NCBI GenBank assembly: GCA_039794845.1
Contig: JAUQVK010000016.1
Location: 1 to 44,322 of the forward strand
DNA from: Thermostichus sp. DRC_bins_24
GTDB taxonomy: Bacteria > Cyanobacteriota > Cyanobacteriia > Thermostichales > Thermostichaceae
DNA: 44,322 nt
Reading direction: 5' to 3'
How positions within the stretch are numbered: the stretch's first letter is position 1; every line of letters starts with the position of its first letter. Positions 7,838 to 17,488 of this stretch are shown one piece after another. The notes beneath the pieces are model-generated. The model was given only the letters and a program-made list of their open reading frames with translations, ran no database searches and had not been told where the DNA came from. A program made the translations under genes and the position numbers.

Positions 7838-10471
7838 ATGAACGAGGAAGCCGGGGAAAAACAGGTGCTCTACAGCATCCCGCCTTGTCCGTTGGCGACT
7901 TCCCGTCAGGGTGCCGTAGGCATAGCGGCGCCTTGGTGTAAGGGGTTGTGGGGGGTGCTGGCTGGGTTGCCGCTGCTTTTGCTGGTGATTTGGAATCTGA
8001 CGGATCCCTTGCCGCCTGCCTGGGATGAGGCCCAACACCTGTTGCAAGCGCAAGCCTTTGCCGCCCATTTGAGTCGCTTCCGTTGGGATCCGCTTTGGTG
8101 GGATCAGTTTTTGCATTTGAACCAGCGTTACCCGCCGCTTGCCTATTGGTTGGGGATCCCGTTGGCGCTGTGGCACCCCTTTAGTCGGGCGGATGGGCAA
8201 CTGCTCAACCTGTTGGGGGTGGGGATCCTGGCATGGCTGACCCAGCGAATGGCTCGGCGGGTGTACGGCTCTGGGTGGGTGGGTGGTTTGGCGGCGGTGC
8301 TGCTGTTGCTCTATCCGGGGATCACCTCCCTCGCCCACGTTTACATGTTGGAGCTGGTGCTGGTGTTGACCGTGACGCTGGCTTTTTGGGCGATGCTCGT
8401 TTATTGGCAGGATCCCTCTTGGAAAGCAGCGGTAGGGGTGGGGGCGGCGGGGGCGGCGGTGCTGCTAACGAAGTGGACGGGGGTGTTGTTTTTGCTGCTG
8501 CCCTTGGCGGTGCTGATGGGGCGGGCTGTGGGGCAAGGGGTGTGGGGCAAGGGTTGGCCTGGAAAACCCTGCCAGCGGCAGGGCAGACGGCGCACAGGGA
8601 TCCCCTTGGCGCAGATGGGACTGGGACTGGGGGTGACGCTGCTGCTCTGCTGGCCTTGGTATGGGGCCAATTGGCTGTTTGTGCTCAGCAATGGGTTGGG
8701 CTACACCAGCACCGCCCACTACTACATCACCTGTGCCGCCGGATCCCTGTGTTGGTGGACAACCTACCTACGCTGGTTACCGCAACAGATGAGCCCGGTT
8801 TTGTGTGGGTTGCCGCTGTTGGCGCTGTGGCCTTGGGGATGGGATCCCTCTTCGGGGGTGAGAGGATTGGGAAGGTTCGTAAAAGATTTTTTTAGAGTTG
8901 CGGCCTCGGGATCCAAACGCCATCAGGGGGTGGCGGCGCTTTGGGTCACCTACGGGTCGGGGTATGGGCTCTACACACTGGTGGATATTAAAGATATTCG
9001 TTTTACCTTGCCCCTGTTGCCCCTGTTGGCGGTGCTCTCGGCGGGAGGGATCCAGCAGGCTGTACAGGGGTTGCAGCAGGTTCGGGATCGGGATCATTCC
9101 AGATTGGGCCAGCTGTTAAGGGGCAAATGGCTGGGGCGTGTCCTGCCTTGGGTGGGTCTGGGCGTGGGATCCCTGGCATTGTGGAGCTTTGGGCAACCCT
9201 TGACGCCGGGCGTGGCTGCCTTTGGGCAGGGGATCCAGATGCGCTGGCAGGGGCAGCACCCTGAGCAAGAGCTGACGGATTGGATCGGATCTTGGGTGCA
9301 GCCGGGGCTCACCACGACCCTGGGGGTTCTTCCCAATACGGAGCTGATCTCCTCCGAAACCCTCACCTATTTGGCTGCCTTAAATCGCTGGCCCCTCACC
9401 TTTCGTGCTGCCGGCCAAACCCCCTGGCCAGAGCTGGAGCTGTCGTTGCTGGATGGGTTTGTGGATGCCACAGGAGACATGGGCATCATCGGCCCCTATG
9501 GCCCCACCAAGGCGCAAATTCGCCACCACCTTCAACTTAGCCCGGAGTGGCGTGCCGAGCTGCCGGTGCATCTGCCCGCTGTGGGTGATGTGCAGACTTA
9601 CTTTCCCAGTCAGGAGCGGGTCAGCATTCAAGAGATCCCCGACGCGGCAACAGAGGTGGAACTGGAGCACATCTCTCCCCGACTGGATTTGGGGATCCCG
9701 GCTTGGCAATTGCGCTGGCACGGTTCGGCAAGGGCCTTGGCGCAAACCCTGGTATGGGCAGAACTGGCGGATGAAGCAGGGCAAATCCTGGCCAAGGGCG
9801 CTTGGGTACTGGGGCAAACTCGTCTGCAACCGGGGCAAGCGGGCACCTGGGCTGTGGATGAGAGTTTCACCTTGCCTGTGGAAGTCTCAGGAAAGGGGAC
9901 TTTGTACCTCACCTGGCAAGCGCCGCAAGGAATCCGGCAACAGTTGAGCCAGCCCTGGCCGGGAGGAACTCGGGGAACACTGACGGAGGGATCCCCGTGG
10001 TTACGGGATCCCCTCATACCACTGCGATCGGCTGCGGGTGCTGCTGCCCGTGGGGATTTGGAGGCGCTATCCCTTTATTTGAATGCCTGGACAACCCTGC
10101 AATACCCAACTTTTCTCACGGATCCCGATCGCACCCTCACTCGCCAATTGCTGGAGGGAGAATGGCAGCGGGCCGCAGAACGAGGCCAGCGAGATCAACA
10201 GATTCGCAGCCATTACGAATTGGGGTTGCTCTTCTCAGCGCTTTTGCAGCCCGAAGCCGCCCAGGCTCATTTTCAGCAGATTGTGGAACGGGATCCCGAA
10301 GATCGTTGGGCACGGGCCTACTTGGCCTTTTTGAGGGTGCTGTTTACCCATGATTTTGTGGGCCTTCCGGGGTTGCGGCAAGAGCTCTCCGCTTTGGCTC
10401 AACCTTTTTGTCAAGAAGAGGATGGGGATCCGGCTTGGGTGTGGATTTGTTCTCTCTTGCCATCGGGTTGA
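7838..10471 (+). CDS. GT-C (PMT/family 39-like) integral-membrane glycosyltransferase with C-terminal TPR-like region
   Basis: PAWDEAQH, YPPL, LLTKWT and KDIRFTLP motifs; many TM helices; C-terminal YELGLLF..AQAHFQQIVERDP TPR-like segment. Start uncertain. Confidence 0.75.
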   Translation: MNEEAGEKQVLYSIPPCPLATSRQGAVGIAAPWCKGLWGVLAGLPLLLLVIWNLTDPLPPAWDEAQHLLQAQAFAAHLSRFRWDPLWWDQFLHLNQRYPPLAYWLGIPLALWHPFSRADGQLLNLLGVGILAWLTQRMARRVYGSGWVGGLAAVLLLLYPGITSLAHVYMLELVLVLTVTLAFWAMLVYWQDPSWKAAVGVGAAGAAVLLTKWTGVLFLLLPLAVLMGRAVGQGVWGKGWPGKPCQRQGRRRTGIPLAQMGLGLGVTLLLCWPWYGANWLFVLSNGLGYTSTAHYYITCAAGSLCWWTTYLRWLPQQMSPVLCGLPLLALWPWGWDPSSGVRGLGRFVKDFFRVAASGSKRHQGVAALWVTYGSGYGLYTLVDIKDIRFTLPLLPLLAVLSAGGIQQAVQGLQQVRDRDHSRLGQLLRGKWLGRVLPWVGLGVGSLALWSFGQPLTPGVAAFGQGIQMRWQGQHPEQELTDWIGSWVQPGLTTTLGVLPNTELISSETLTYLAALNRWPLTFRAAGQTPWPELELSLLDGFVDATGDMGIIGPYGPTKAQIRHHLQLSPEWRAELPVHLPAVGDVQTYFPSQERVSIQEIPDAATEVELEHISPRLDLGIPAWQLRWHGSARALAQTLVWAELADEAGQILAKGAWVLGQTRLQPGQAGTWAVDESFTLPVEVSGKGTLYLTWQAPQGIRQQLSQPWPGGTRGTLTEGSPWLRDPLIPLRSAAGAAARGDLEALSLYLNAWTTLQYPTFLTDPDRTLTRQLLEGEWQRAAERGQRDQQIRSHYELGLLFSALLQPEAAQAHFQQIVERDPEDRWARAYLAFLRVLFTHDFVGLPGLRQELSALAQPFCQEEDGDPAWVWICSLLPSG

Positions 10472-11373
10472 TCCAACTCCATCTGAGACACTTCGGAAAG
10501 AAGAAAGTCGGCAAAAGCTTTGGCAACCACCGAAAGACGTTTCGAGCGCAGGTACACCAGATACCAGGAACCGTAGATGGGAAACTCTTCCACATCCAAA
10601 ATCGCCAGATGGTGCTGCCAGCCTCCCAGGGCCAACACATGCTGAGACAAAACAGAAATACCCAATCCGCCGACAATGCCTTGGCGAATCGCTTCGCTGC
10701 TGCCCAATTCCATGCGGATATTCAGGGTGAGGTTGTGCTTGTCGAACAACCGCTGTACCGCCATACGGGTGCCGGAACCGGGCTCGCGGGCCAAAAAAGG
10801 CTCTTGGGCAATGCGTTCTAGCGGGATCCTTTTTTCTCCCACCAGCGGATGATGAATGGGGGCCATCACCACCAAAGGATTTTCCAGAAAAGGTTGGGCC
10901 ACCACATCCAAATCTTCCGGTGGCAAACCCATTACGTAAATATCATCCATATTGTGGGTGAGCCGCTCTAAAACCTGCTGGCGGTTGATCACCTTGAGGG
11001 CCACATCGATGCCGGGATACTGCTGGCAAAAGGGCCCCAGTAAACGGGGAATAAAGTATTTGGCGGTGGTAACCACTCCGATGCTCAGCCGCCCTTGTTT
11101 TAATCCTTTCAGATCGGCAAGAGTCATCTCGAACTGGTTCAATTGCTCGAAGATCTTGTCACAGGTTTGGTGCAACGCCTGCCCTGCGTCCGTAAGATAC
11201 AGTCGCTTGCCCACTTGCTCGAACAGAGGCAACCCCACGGCTTTGCTCAATTGTTTGATTTGCATGGAAATCGTGGGCTGAGTTAGGTAAAGCTCCTCCG
11301 CAGCACGGGTAAAGCTTAAGTGACGGGCGGCAACCTCGAAGATTTGTAGCTGGTGCAGGGTGATGGCCTTCAT
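10411..11373 (-). CDS. LysR-family regulator, CbbR/CmpR/NdhR(CcmR) subgroup
   Basis: ITLHQLQIFE..SFTRAAEELYLTQPTISMQIKQL HTH; TTAKYFIPRLLGPFC; REPGSGTR. Divergent from the RND-sqr cluster. Confidence 0.93.
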   Translation of the reverse strand: MKAITLHQLQIFEVAARHLSFTRAAEELYLTQPTISMQIKQLSKAVGLPLFEQVGKRLYLTDAGQALHQTCDKIFEQLNQFEMTLADLKGLKQGRLSIGVVTTAKYFIPRLLGPFCQQYPGIDVALKVINRQQVLERLTHNMDDIYVMGLPPEDLDVVAQPFLENPLVVMAPIHHPLVGEKRIPLERIAQEPFLAREPGSGTRMAVQRLFDKHNLTLNIRMELGSSEAIRQGIVGGLGISVLSQHVLALGGWQHHLAILDVEEFPIYGSWYLVYLRSKRLSVVAKAFADFLLSEVSQMELDQPDGKREQIHTQAGSPSSS

Positions 11374-11410
11374 GGAGAATCAAGAGACACCAAAACTTTT
11401 CTCTTAAATC

Positions 11411-11426
11411 ATAGACTGAGGTTTAT
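11411..11426. promoter_or_regulatory. Candidate LysR operator ATAG-N8-TTAT in the divergent promoter
   Basis: One mismatch from the ATAG-N8-CTAT motif described for CcmR/NdhR; about 38 bp upstream of the LysR start. Confidence 0.45.
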
Positions 11427-11527
11427 GTTTCGTGAAGTAGGCTCACCCAAATAGTGGCAGCTCAGTGGCAATTCATTTTATGAAAGTATAGTTATACAAT
11501 AGAGATTAGTTTTCTCTGGATCCCTTC

Positions 11528-14500
11528 ATGTCTCAGTCTCCGGATCCCCAGGGTGGGATAAGCCGTGTCACCGCCTATTTCATCAACTCTCAGCTGACTT
11601 TGCTCGTCATTGTGGCAGTGGCCGTGTTTGGCCTAATGGCGGCGGTTCTCACCCCCAAAGAAGAGAACCCGCAGATCGTTGTCCCCGTGGCGGATGTGGC
11701 TTTGTCGTATCCGGGGGCCAGCGCCGAGGTGGTGGAAAACACTCTGGTTACCCCTGTGGAGGCCAAGCTGCGGGAACTGACGGGGATTGAGCATATCTAC
11801 TCGGTGGCGCAGGCTTCGGGTGGTCTGATCACGGTGCAGTATCACGTGGGGGAAAACTGGGAAGACAGCCTGTTCAAGCTGCAAAATCATCTGTTCAACC
11901 ATCCAGAACTGTTTCCCCCTGGGTCGGGATATCAGGTGAAGCCGGTGATCGTGGATGATGTGCCGATTGTTACTCTAACGATTACGGGATCCGACTACAG
12001 CGACGATCAGTTACGCCGGGTGGGAGAGCAGCTGCTAGAGGATTTGCGACGGATCCCCAACACGGCCCATTTGACGATCACAGGGGGCCATCCCCGCACC
12101 CTTCAGGTGGAGTTGGATCCGGATCGCTTGGCCAGCTACCGCCTGTCACCGGCCCAAATTGGCCAACGGATCGAAGCCGAAAACCTGAAACTGCCGGCTG
12201 GAGAGTTGACGCTGGGATCCCAACGCCTGCAGTTAGAGGGGGGGCACCGACTGAGTTCGGCGGCGGACGTAGCGGCTATTCAGATCACCCCCGAGGTGTA
12301 CCTAGAGGATGTAGCGGAGGTTCGGGATGCCTTTGCTGAGCGCACCAGCTTCACCCGCATTCACTTTCGCGCCGATGAGCCGATTGCGGATCCCGATCCG
12401 GATCCCCGCCGACGGGCCACAGGGTCCTGGATCCGCCAACCCGCCGTTACCATCGGCATTGCCAAAAAACCCGGTACCAACGCCGTGACCGTGGCGCGGC
12501 AGATTTTCCGGCGGGTAGAGGAATTGCGCACCCAGTTACCCCCCGGGATCCAGATCGCCGTCACCCGCAATGATGGCCGCACGGCAGCCAAGGCGGTTGG
12601 AGATCTCTACACCAGCTTGTTTCAGGCCATTGGCATTGTGGTGGTGCTGTTGCTGCTGTTTTTGGGTTGGCGGGAAGCCAGCATTGTCGCTTTTGTCATT
12701 CCCCTCACCCTGGCTGGAACCTTGGGGATCGGCTGGATGGCGGGACAAACCATCAACCGCATCACCCTTTTTGCCCTCATCCTGGCTTTGGGAACTTTGG
12801 TGGATGATGCCATCGCCGTGACGGAAAACATTCATCGTCGTTTTGAGCTGCGGCCAGGGATGGATTTTCGCCAAAAAACGGCGGAGGCGATTGCGGCAGT
12901 GGCGGAACTGGGCACCCCCATCCTCCTCTCCACCATTACTGTTATTCTGGCTTTTCTGCCCATGCGCTTTGTCACGGGCATGATGGGCCCCTATATGGGG
13001 CCAATTCCTTTTAATGTGCCGATCGCCATGCTGATCAGCACCACCCTGGCCCTGACCGTCACTCCCTATCTGGCGTTGCGCTGGATCAAGCTCAACCCTC
13101 ATGCCGATGCTCCTCGGCCCACTCTGGAAGAGACACGGTTGTATCGACTGTATCGATGGGTGCTGCAACCGCTTTTGGTATCGGGATCCCGGCGACGCTG
13201 GCTTTCCTGGCTGGTGACGGGGTTGCTGCTGGCCAGTTTTCTCCTGCCTCTGACCCAGGTGGTGAAGTTTCGCATGTTGCCCAAGGCGGATAAAGATACG
13301 GTTTTGGTGCAATTGGATATGCCCCGCGGTACCGACCTAAGGGCCACCGACCAGGCGGTGCAGGATTTGGAACGGGTACTGCAGAGGGATCCCGACATTG
13401 TTAGTTTTGAAACCTACGTGGGGCTGGGATCCCCCATCGATTTCAACGGTCTGCTGCGGGGAGGATCCGGGCGAGGCGGGGAAGATGTGGCGGATATTCG
13501 CCTGCACCTGAGCCAACCGGAAGCTCGCTCCATAGACTCAGAACAGATTGTGTTGCGGCTACGGCCAGAACTCCAGGCAGTGGCAGAAGCCCACAATGCC
13601 ATTGTCAAGCTGGTGGAGGATCCGCCGGGGCCGCCGGTGCGAGCGACGATGCTGGCGGAAGTGTATGGCCCCGACTATACCCAAGTGCGGCGGTTGGCCA
13701 AGCAGGTACGGCAGCTGTTTGGGGAAACGGCGGGGGTGGTGGACATTGATGATTCGGTGAAAAATCCCTTGCCCCAACTGACCCTCACGGTGGATCGAGA
13801 ACGGGTCAATCGGGCTGGCTTAACGACGGCAGATGTGGCGCAAACCCTGAACTTGGCCTTGGGGGGAGCGACCGTCAGCATTTTGCAACTGCCGGGAGAA
13901 CTCACCCCCGTCGGCATTCACCTGCGTTTTGCCGAGGCCGCCCGCCAGAGCATTGAAGATCTGAGCCGCATCCAACTGCCTACCCCAGCGGGATCCCTGG
14001 TGCCCCTGACGGAAGTGGTGCAATTCAGATCTACGGTGGCGGATGAACCCATTTTTCACAAAGACCAGCGCCCGGTGGCCTACGTGATGGGGGAAATGGC
14101 CGATCGCTCTTCGGTGTACGCGGTGATCGAACAAAAGTTGCATTTTGGGCGGGATCCTCTACCGGCAGGCTATTGGATCCAGTGGGATGGGGAATGGAAA
14201 CTGACCCTGGATGTGTTTCGGGATTTGGGCTTAGCGATGGTGGTGGCGGTGGTGTTAATCTACTTAATTTTGGTGGGCCAATTTCGCAGCTTTAAGATTC
14301 CGTTGCTCATCTTGGGCAGCATTCCCTTGGCCTTGATTGGCATCCTGGTGGGGTTTAGTTTGAATGGGGTTTATTTCAGTGCCACCGCCATGATCGGAGT
14401 GATCGCTCTGGCGGGAATTGTGGTTCGCAATGCTATTGTTTTGCTGGAGTTTATAGGGGAACAACGGGAGGCTGGCGTAAGCCTAGAGTCAGCGATTTTA

Positions 14501-14740
14501 ACAGCAGGGGCCGTCCGATTCCGTCCGATTTTGCTCACCAGCATCACCACGATGTTGGGTACTGTGCCGATTTTGTCGGATCCTGTTTGGTCGGGTCTGG
14601 CCTGGACGTTGCTGAGTGGGATGTTAACCTCTTCGGCGCTGACGTTGGTGGTGATCCCCCTCTGGTACTACGGGGATCAGACCCAACCTTCCGGGGTACC
14701 GAAACCGGGGCTGACCTCAGTCGGTTTGCCCGCTTCCTAA
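11528..14740 (+). CDS. RND-family efflux transporter permease (AcrB/HAE1-like)
   Basis: 1070 aa; PKEENPQI, LVDDAIAVTENI (TM4 acidic pair), GIVVRNAIVLLEF, RFRPILLTSITT. Confidence 0.95.
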   Translation: MSQSPDPQGGISRVTAYFINSQLTLLVIVAVAVFGLMAAVLTPKEENPQIVVPVADVALSYPGASAEVVENTLVTPVEAKLRELTGIEHIYSVAQASGGLITVQYHVGENWEDSLFKLQNHLFNHPELFPPGSGYQVKPVIVDDVPIVTLTITGSDYSDDQLRRVGEQLLEDLRRIPNTAHLTITGGHPRTLQVELDPDRLASYRLSPAQIGQRIEAENLKLPAGELTLGSQRLQLEGGHRLSSAADVAAIQITPEVYLEDVAEVRDAFAERTSFTRIHFRADEPIADPDPDPRRRATGSWIRQPAVTIGIAKKPGTNAVTVARQIFRRVEELRTQLPPGIQIAVTRNDGRTAAKAVGDLYTSLFQAIGIVVVLLLLFLGWREASIVAFVIPLTLAGTLGIGWMAGQTINRITLFALILALGTLVDDAIAVTENIHRRFELRPGMDFRQKTAEAIAAVAELGTPILLSTITVILAFLPMRFVTGMMGPYMGPIPFNVPIAMLISTTLALTVTPYLALRWIKLNPHADAPRPTLEETRLYRLYRWVLQPLLVSGSRRRWLSWLVTGLLLASFLLPLTQVVKFRMLPKADKDTVLVQLDMPRGTDLRATDQAVQDLERVLQRDPDIVSFETYVGLGSPIDFNGLLRGGSGRGGEDVADIRLHLSQPEARSIDSEQIVLRLRPELQAVAEAHNAIVKLVEDPPGPPVRATMLAEVYGPDYTQVRRLAKQVRQLFGETAGVVDIDDSVKNPLPQLTLTVDRERVNRAGLTTADVAQTLNLALGGATVSILQLPGELTPVGIHLRFAEAARQSIEDLSRIQLPTPAGSLVPLTEVVQFRSTVADEPIFHKDQRPVAYVMGEMADRSSVYAVIEQKLHFGRDPLPAGYWIQWDGEWKLTLDVFRDLGLAMVVAVVLIYLILVGQFRSFKIPLLILGSIPLALIGILVGFSLNGVYFSATAMIGVIALAGIVVRNAIVLLEFIGEQREAGVSLESAILTAGAVRFRPILLTSITTMLGTVPILSDPVWSGLAWTLLSGMLTSSALTLVVIPLWYYGDQTQPSGVPKPGLTSVGLPAS

Positions 14741-14796
14741 GCGATACGTCGATGATCTCACCTCCTTTCCCCCGTTTGTCAACAGAAGGAAGAACC

Positions 14797-15417
14797 ATGA
14801 AAGCTCCAACAATCCGCTCCCTGTTGATTCTGTTGCTGGCTTTTTGGATGCTGGCCCTCTCGCCTGCCTTTGCTCAAGTGGATCCCACTCAACTGGCCAA
14901 AGCTGTGGAATCGGTGGAATATCTGGATCAGTTGCGTCAGGGCTTGGCCTCTAGCCTAGAGGGATCCATCGAACCGATTACCGGAGAAACCTTTAAGCAG
15001 GTGTGTCGCCCCGTGGGCCTGCAGGCACAAAGTTTGGCTCAAGAAAATGGCTGGCAGGTGAAGCAAATTGCCCAGAAATATCGCAATCCCGATCATGCTC
15101 CCGACAATCTCCACGCCAAGATCGCCCTTGCTCGCTTTCAACAGGATCCGGATCTGATCGGGTTCTGGGATCAGGAACTGCTCAATGGACAAAAAGGGAC
15201 GCGCTACTATCGCCGCATCAATGTCGAAGCCTCCTGTCTCGCCTGTCACGGAGCCAAGGGATCCCGCCCAGACTTTATCCTCAACAGGTATCCGCAGGAT
15301 TTGGCCTACGACTTCAAGGTGGGGGATCTGCGGGGCATGTACGCGGTGTTCATTCCCGAAGCCATGGCTGCCACCCCCCTACCCCAGACCCAGACCAGCA
15401 GCCAAGACCTTGATTGA
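14797..15417 (+). CDS. Tll0287-like (DUF3365) exported c-type heme protein
   Basis: Signal peptide; TFKQVCRPVG, KYRNPDHAP, heme motif CLACH, YPQDLAYDFKVGDLRGMY; AGGA RBS before ATG 14797. Confidence 0.85.
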   Translation: MKAPTIRSLLILLLAFWMLALSPAFAQVDPTQLAKAVESVEYLDQLRQGLASSLEGSIEPITGETFKQVCRPVGLQAQSLAQENGWQVKQIAQKYRNPDHAPDNLHAKIALARFQQDPDLIGFWDQELLNGQKGTRYYRRINVEASCLACHGAKGSRPDFILNRYPQDLAYDFKVGDLRGMYAVFIPEAMAATPLPQTQTSSQDLD

Positions 15418-15471
15418 GTCAACTCCCCCTCTGCCATAGGCTCGCCTTGACCGGCAGGAATCTTAAGTCCG

Positions 15472-15513
15472 TTATATTGCTATATAGTTATTTAATTGAT
15501 AAACTGTTTATAG
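15472..15513 (+). promoter_or_regulatory. AT-rich internal promoter/operator region upstream of petC-sqr
   Basis: Sharp AT-rich patch in GC-rich DNA; palindrome ATAAAC-T-GTTTAT at 15499-15511; TATAGTTAT at 15483-15491 also occurs at 11487-11495. Confidence 0.45.
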
Positions 15514-15563
15514 CAAGGTTTTTGCTGGATCTTCTCTTCCCTCTTGCCTCTGGGAGGCTGGCT

Positions 15564-16100
15564 ATGGAATCGACTTTTGTCTCCTTTGAGGGGCCGCCGT
15601 TGTCCCGTCGGCGGTTGCTGAACTTTTTGAGCGGATCCACCCTGGCGGTGGTGGCGGGATCCGCTTTATATCCGCTGGCTCAGTATTTCACCCCACCTCA
15701 AGAGGGAGCCGCAGATGGAGCGGTGGTGGCCAAAGATAAGCTTGGTCATGCGATTCCGGCGGCCCAACTGTTGGCAGAACCCCCAGGCACGCGTGCCCTA
15801 GTGGTGGGAGTACGGGGGGAACCCACCTACTTGACGGTTACCGAAGCAGGATCCCTGGATCCGATGGGCATTGTGGATAACTGCACCCACCTGGGGTGTA
15901 CCTTTCCCTGGAACCCCATTGACCAAGAATTTCAATGTCCTTGCCATGGCTCTCGCTACGCTGCCGATGGATCCGTGATTCGCGGCCCTGCCCCCTTGCC
16001 CCTGCAATTGGTTCGAGTGGAAGTGCGGGAGGGCTTCATTTGGCTGTCTCCCTGGTTGGATTTGGATCCGCGCACGGGCAAACAACCGTGGTGGGTCTGA
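15564..16100 (+). CDS. petC: Cytochrome b6f Rieske iron-sulfur protein paralog
   Basis: Tat-like SRRRLLNFL plus TM helix; GEPTYL; Rieske boxes CTHLGC and CPCHGSRY; GPAPLPL; GGAGG RBS. Not linked to petA. Confidence 0.92.
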   Translation: MESTFVSFEGPPLSRRRLLNFLSGSTLAVVAGSALYPLAQYFTPPQEGAADGAVVAKDKLGHAIPAAQLLAEPPGTRALVVGVRGEPTYLTVTEAGSLDPMGIVDNCTHLGCTFPWNPIDQEFQCPCHGSRYAADGSVIRGPAPLPLQLVRVEVREGFIWLSPWLDLDPRTGKQPWWV

Positions 16101-16125
16101 GAGCAGGGAAAGCGGGAGGTTCTGT

Positions 16126-17427
16126 ATGGCTCATGTGATTGTCATCGGGGCGGGGTTGGGAGGGTTGCCCACCGCCTACGAGTTGCGACATCGGTTGCCC
16201 AAGGGATCCCATCAGGTGACGTTGATTTCCAATACGCCCACCTTTACCTTCATGCCTTCGCTGCCCTGGGTGGCTTTGGGGCTAACGCCACTTGCCGATA
16301 TTCAAGTGTCTTTGCCGGAACGGGTGGAGAAAAAAGGGATCCGATTTATCCAAGGATCCGTGACCGATCTGCAACCCCAGGCGCGCACCCTCAGGGTGAA
16401 GGGGGAATCCTTGACCTACGACTATCTGGTGGTGGCAACCGGGGCAGACTTGGCGATGGATGCGGTACCTGGATTGGGGCCAGATCAAGGCTTTACCCAG
16501 TCGGTTTGTACTCCTCATCATGCCCACAGGGCTTATCAGGCCTGGAGTGATTTTCTGCGACAGCCGGGGCCTTTGGTGGTGGGGGCTGTGGCGGGAGCCA
16601 GTTGTTTCGGCCCTGCCTACGAATTTGCGCTGCTGGCGGATCGGCAACTGCGGCAGAAAGGGCTGCGGGAACAGGTGCCGATCACCTTCATCACCCCAGA
16701 ACCCTACGCGGGGCATTTGGGCATTGGGGGCATGGCCCATTCGGCAGAATTGGTCAGCCAACTGATGGCCCAAAGACAGATCCGGGTTTTGGACAATACT
16801 GCGATTGTCCGCATCGAAAAGACTCAAATGGTTTTGGAGCAGGGGGAGAGGATCCCGTTTGCCTATGCCATGCTGCTGCCCCCTTTTCGTGGGGCAACCT
16901 TTCTGCGCGAAACCCCAGGCTTGACGGATTCCAAGGGCTTTTTGCCGGTGACCCCCACCTACCAACATCGCGATTTTGACCGCATTTACAGTGCCGGCGT
17001 GGTGACTCAATTGGCTCCTCCGGAAGCGACCCCCCTGCCGGTAGGGGTGCCAAAAACGGGCCAAATGACCGAAGCAATGGGGATTGCTGCTGCCCACAAC
17101 ATTGCCCTGAACTTGGGGGTGCTGGACGGGGATCCGGTTGCACCCACGTTAGAGGCGATCTGTTTTGCTGATTTTGGCGATACGGGCATTCTCTTTTTGG
17201 CGGATCCGGTGTTGCCGGTGCCGGAACTGGGGCGACGACGGCGGGCCATTGCCCTGCAGGGGCCATGGGTCAGTTGGATGAAAACAGCCTTTGAGCAGTA
17301 TTTTCTGGCCAAAATGCGTTGGGGTTGGGCGGTGCCCTGGTTTGAACGCCTGAGCCTGCGGGGGGTGGGGCTATCGCTGGTGGAACCTGTGCCCAAGCCG
17401 AAGGGGAGTTTGGCCTCTTCCAATTAA
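16126..17427 (+). CDS. sqr: Sulfide:quinone oxidoreductase, type I (SqrA)
   Basis: GAGLGG FAD motif; three conserved Cys in QSVC, GASCFGPAYEF and AICFADFGDTG; TPEPYAGHLGIGG; VPKTGQMTEAM. From recall, closely resembles the Oscillatoria limnetica-type cyanobacterial SQR. Confidence 0.92.
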   Translation: MAHVIVIGAGLGGLPTAYELRHRLPKGSHQVTLISNTPTFTFMPSLPWVALGLTPLADIQVSLPERVEKKGIRFIQGSVTDLQPQARTLRVKGESLTYDYLVVATGADLAMDAVPGLGPDQGFTQSVCTPHHAHRAYQAWSDFLRQPGPLVVGAVAGASCFGPAYEFALLADRQLRQKGLREQVPITFITPEPYAGHLGIGGMAHSAELVSQLMAQRQIRVLDNTAIVRIEKTQMVLEQGERIPFAYAMLLPPFRGATFLRETPGLTDSKGFLPVTPTYQHRDFDRIYSAGVVTQLAPPEATPLPVGVPKTGQMTEAMGIAAAHNIALNLGVLDGDPVAPTLEAICFADFGDTGILFLADPVLPVPELGRRRRAIALQGPWVSWMKTAFEQYFLAKMRWGWAVPWFERLSLRGVGLSLVEPVPKPKGSLASSN

Positions 17428-17488
17428 CGGCATCGCCCCTCTAACCCTGGGTTCACGATTGGGACGGTTTACTCCATACCTTACCTTC

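Noticed and set aside
15447..15478. TTGACC...TATATT as a sigma70 promoter for petC-sqr
   Set aside because: The 20-bp spacer is too long for a canonical -35/-10 pair.
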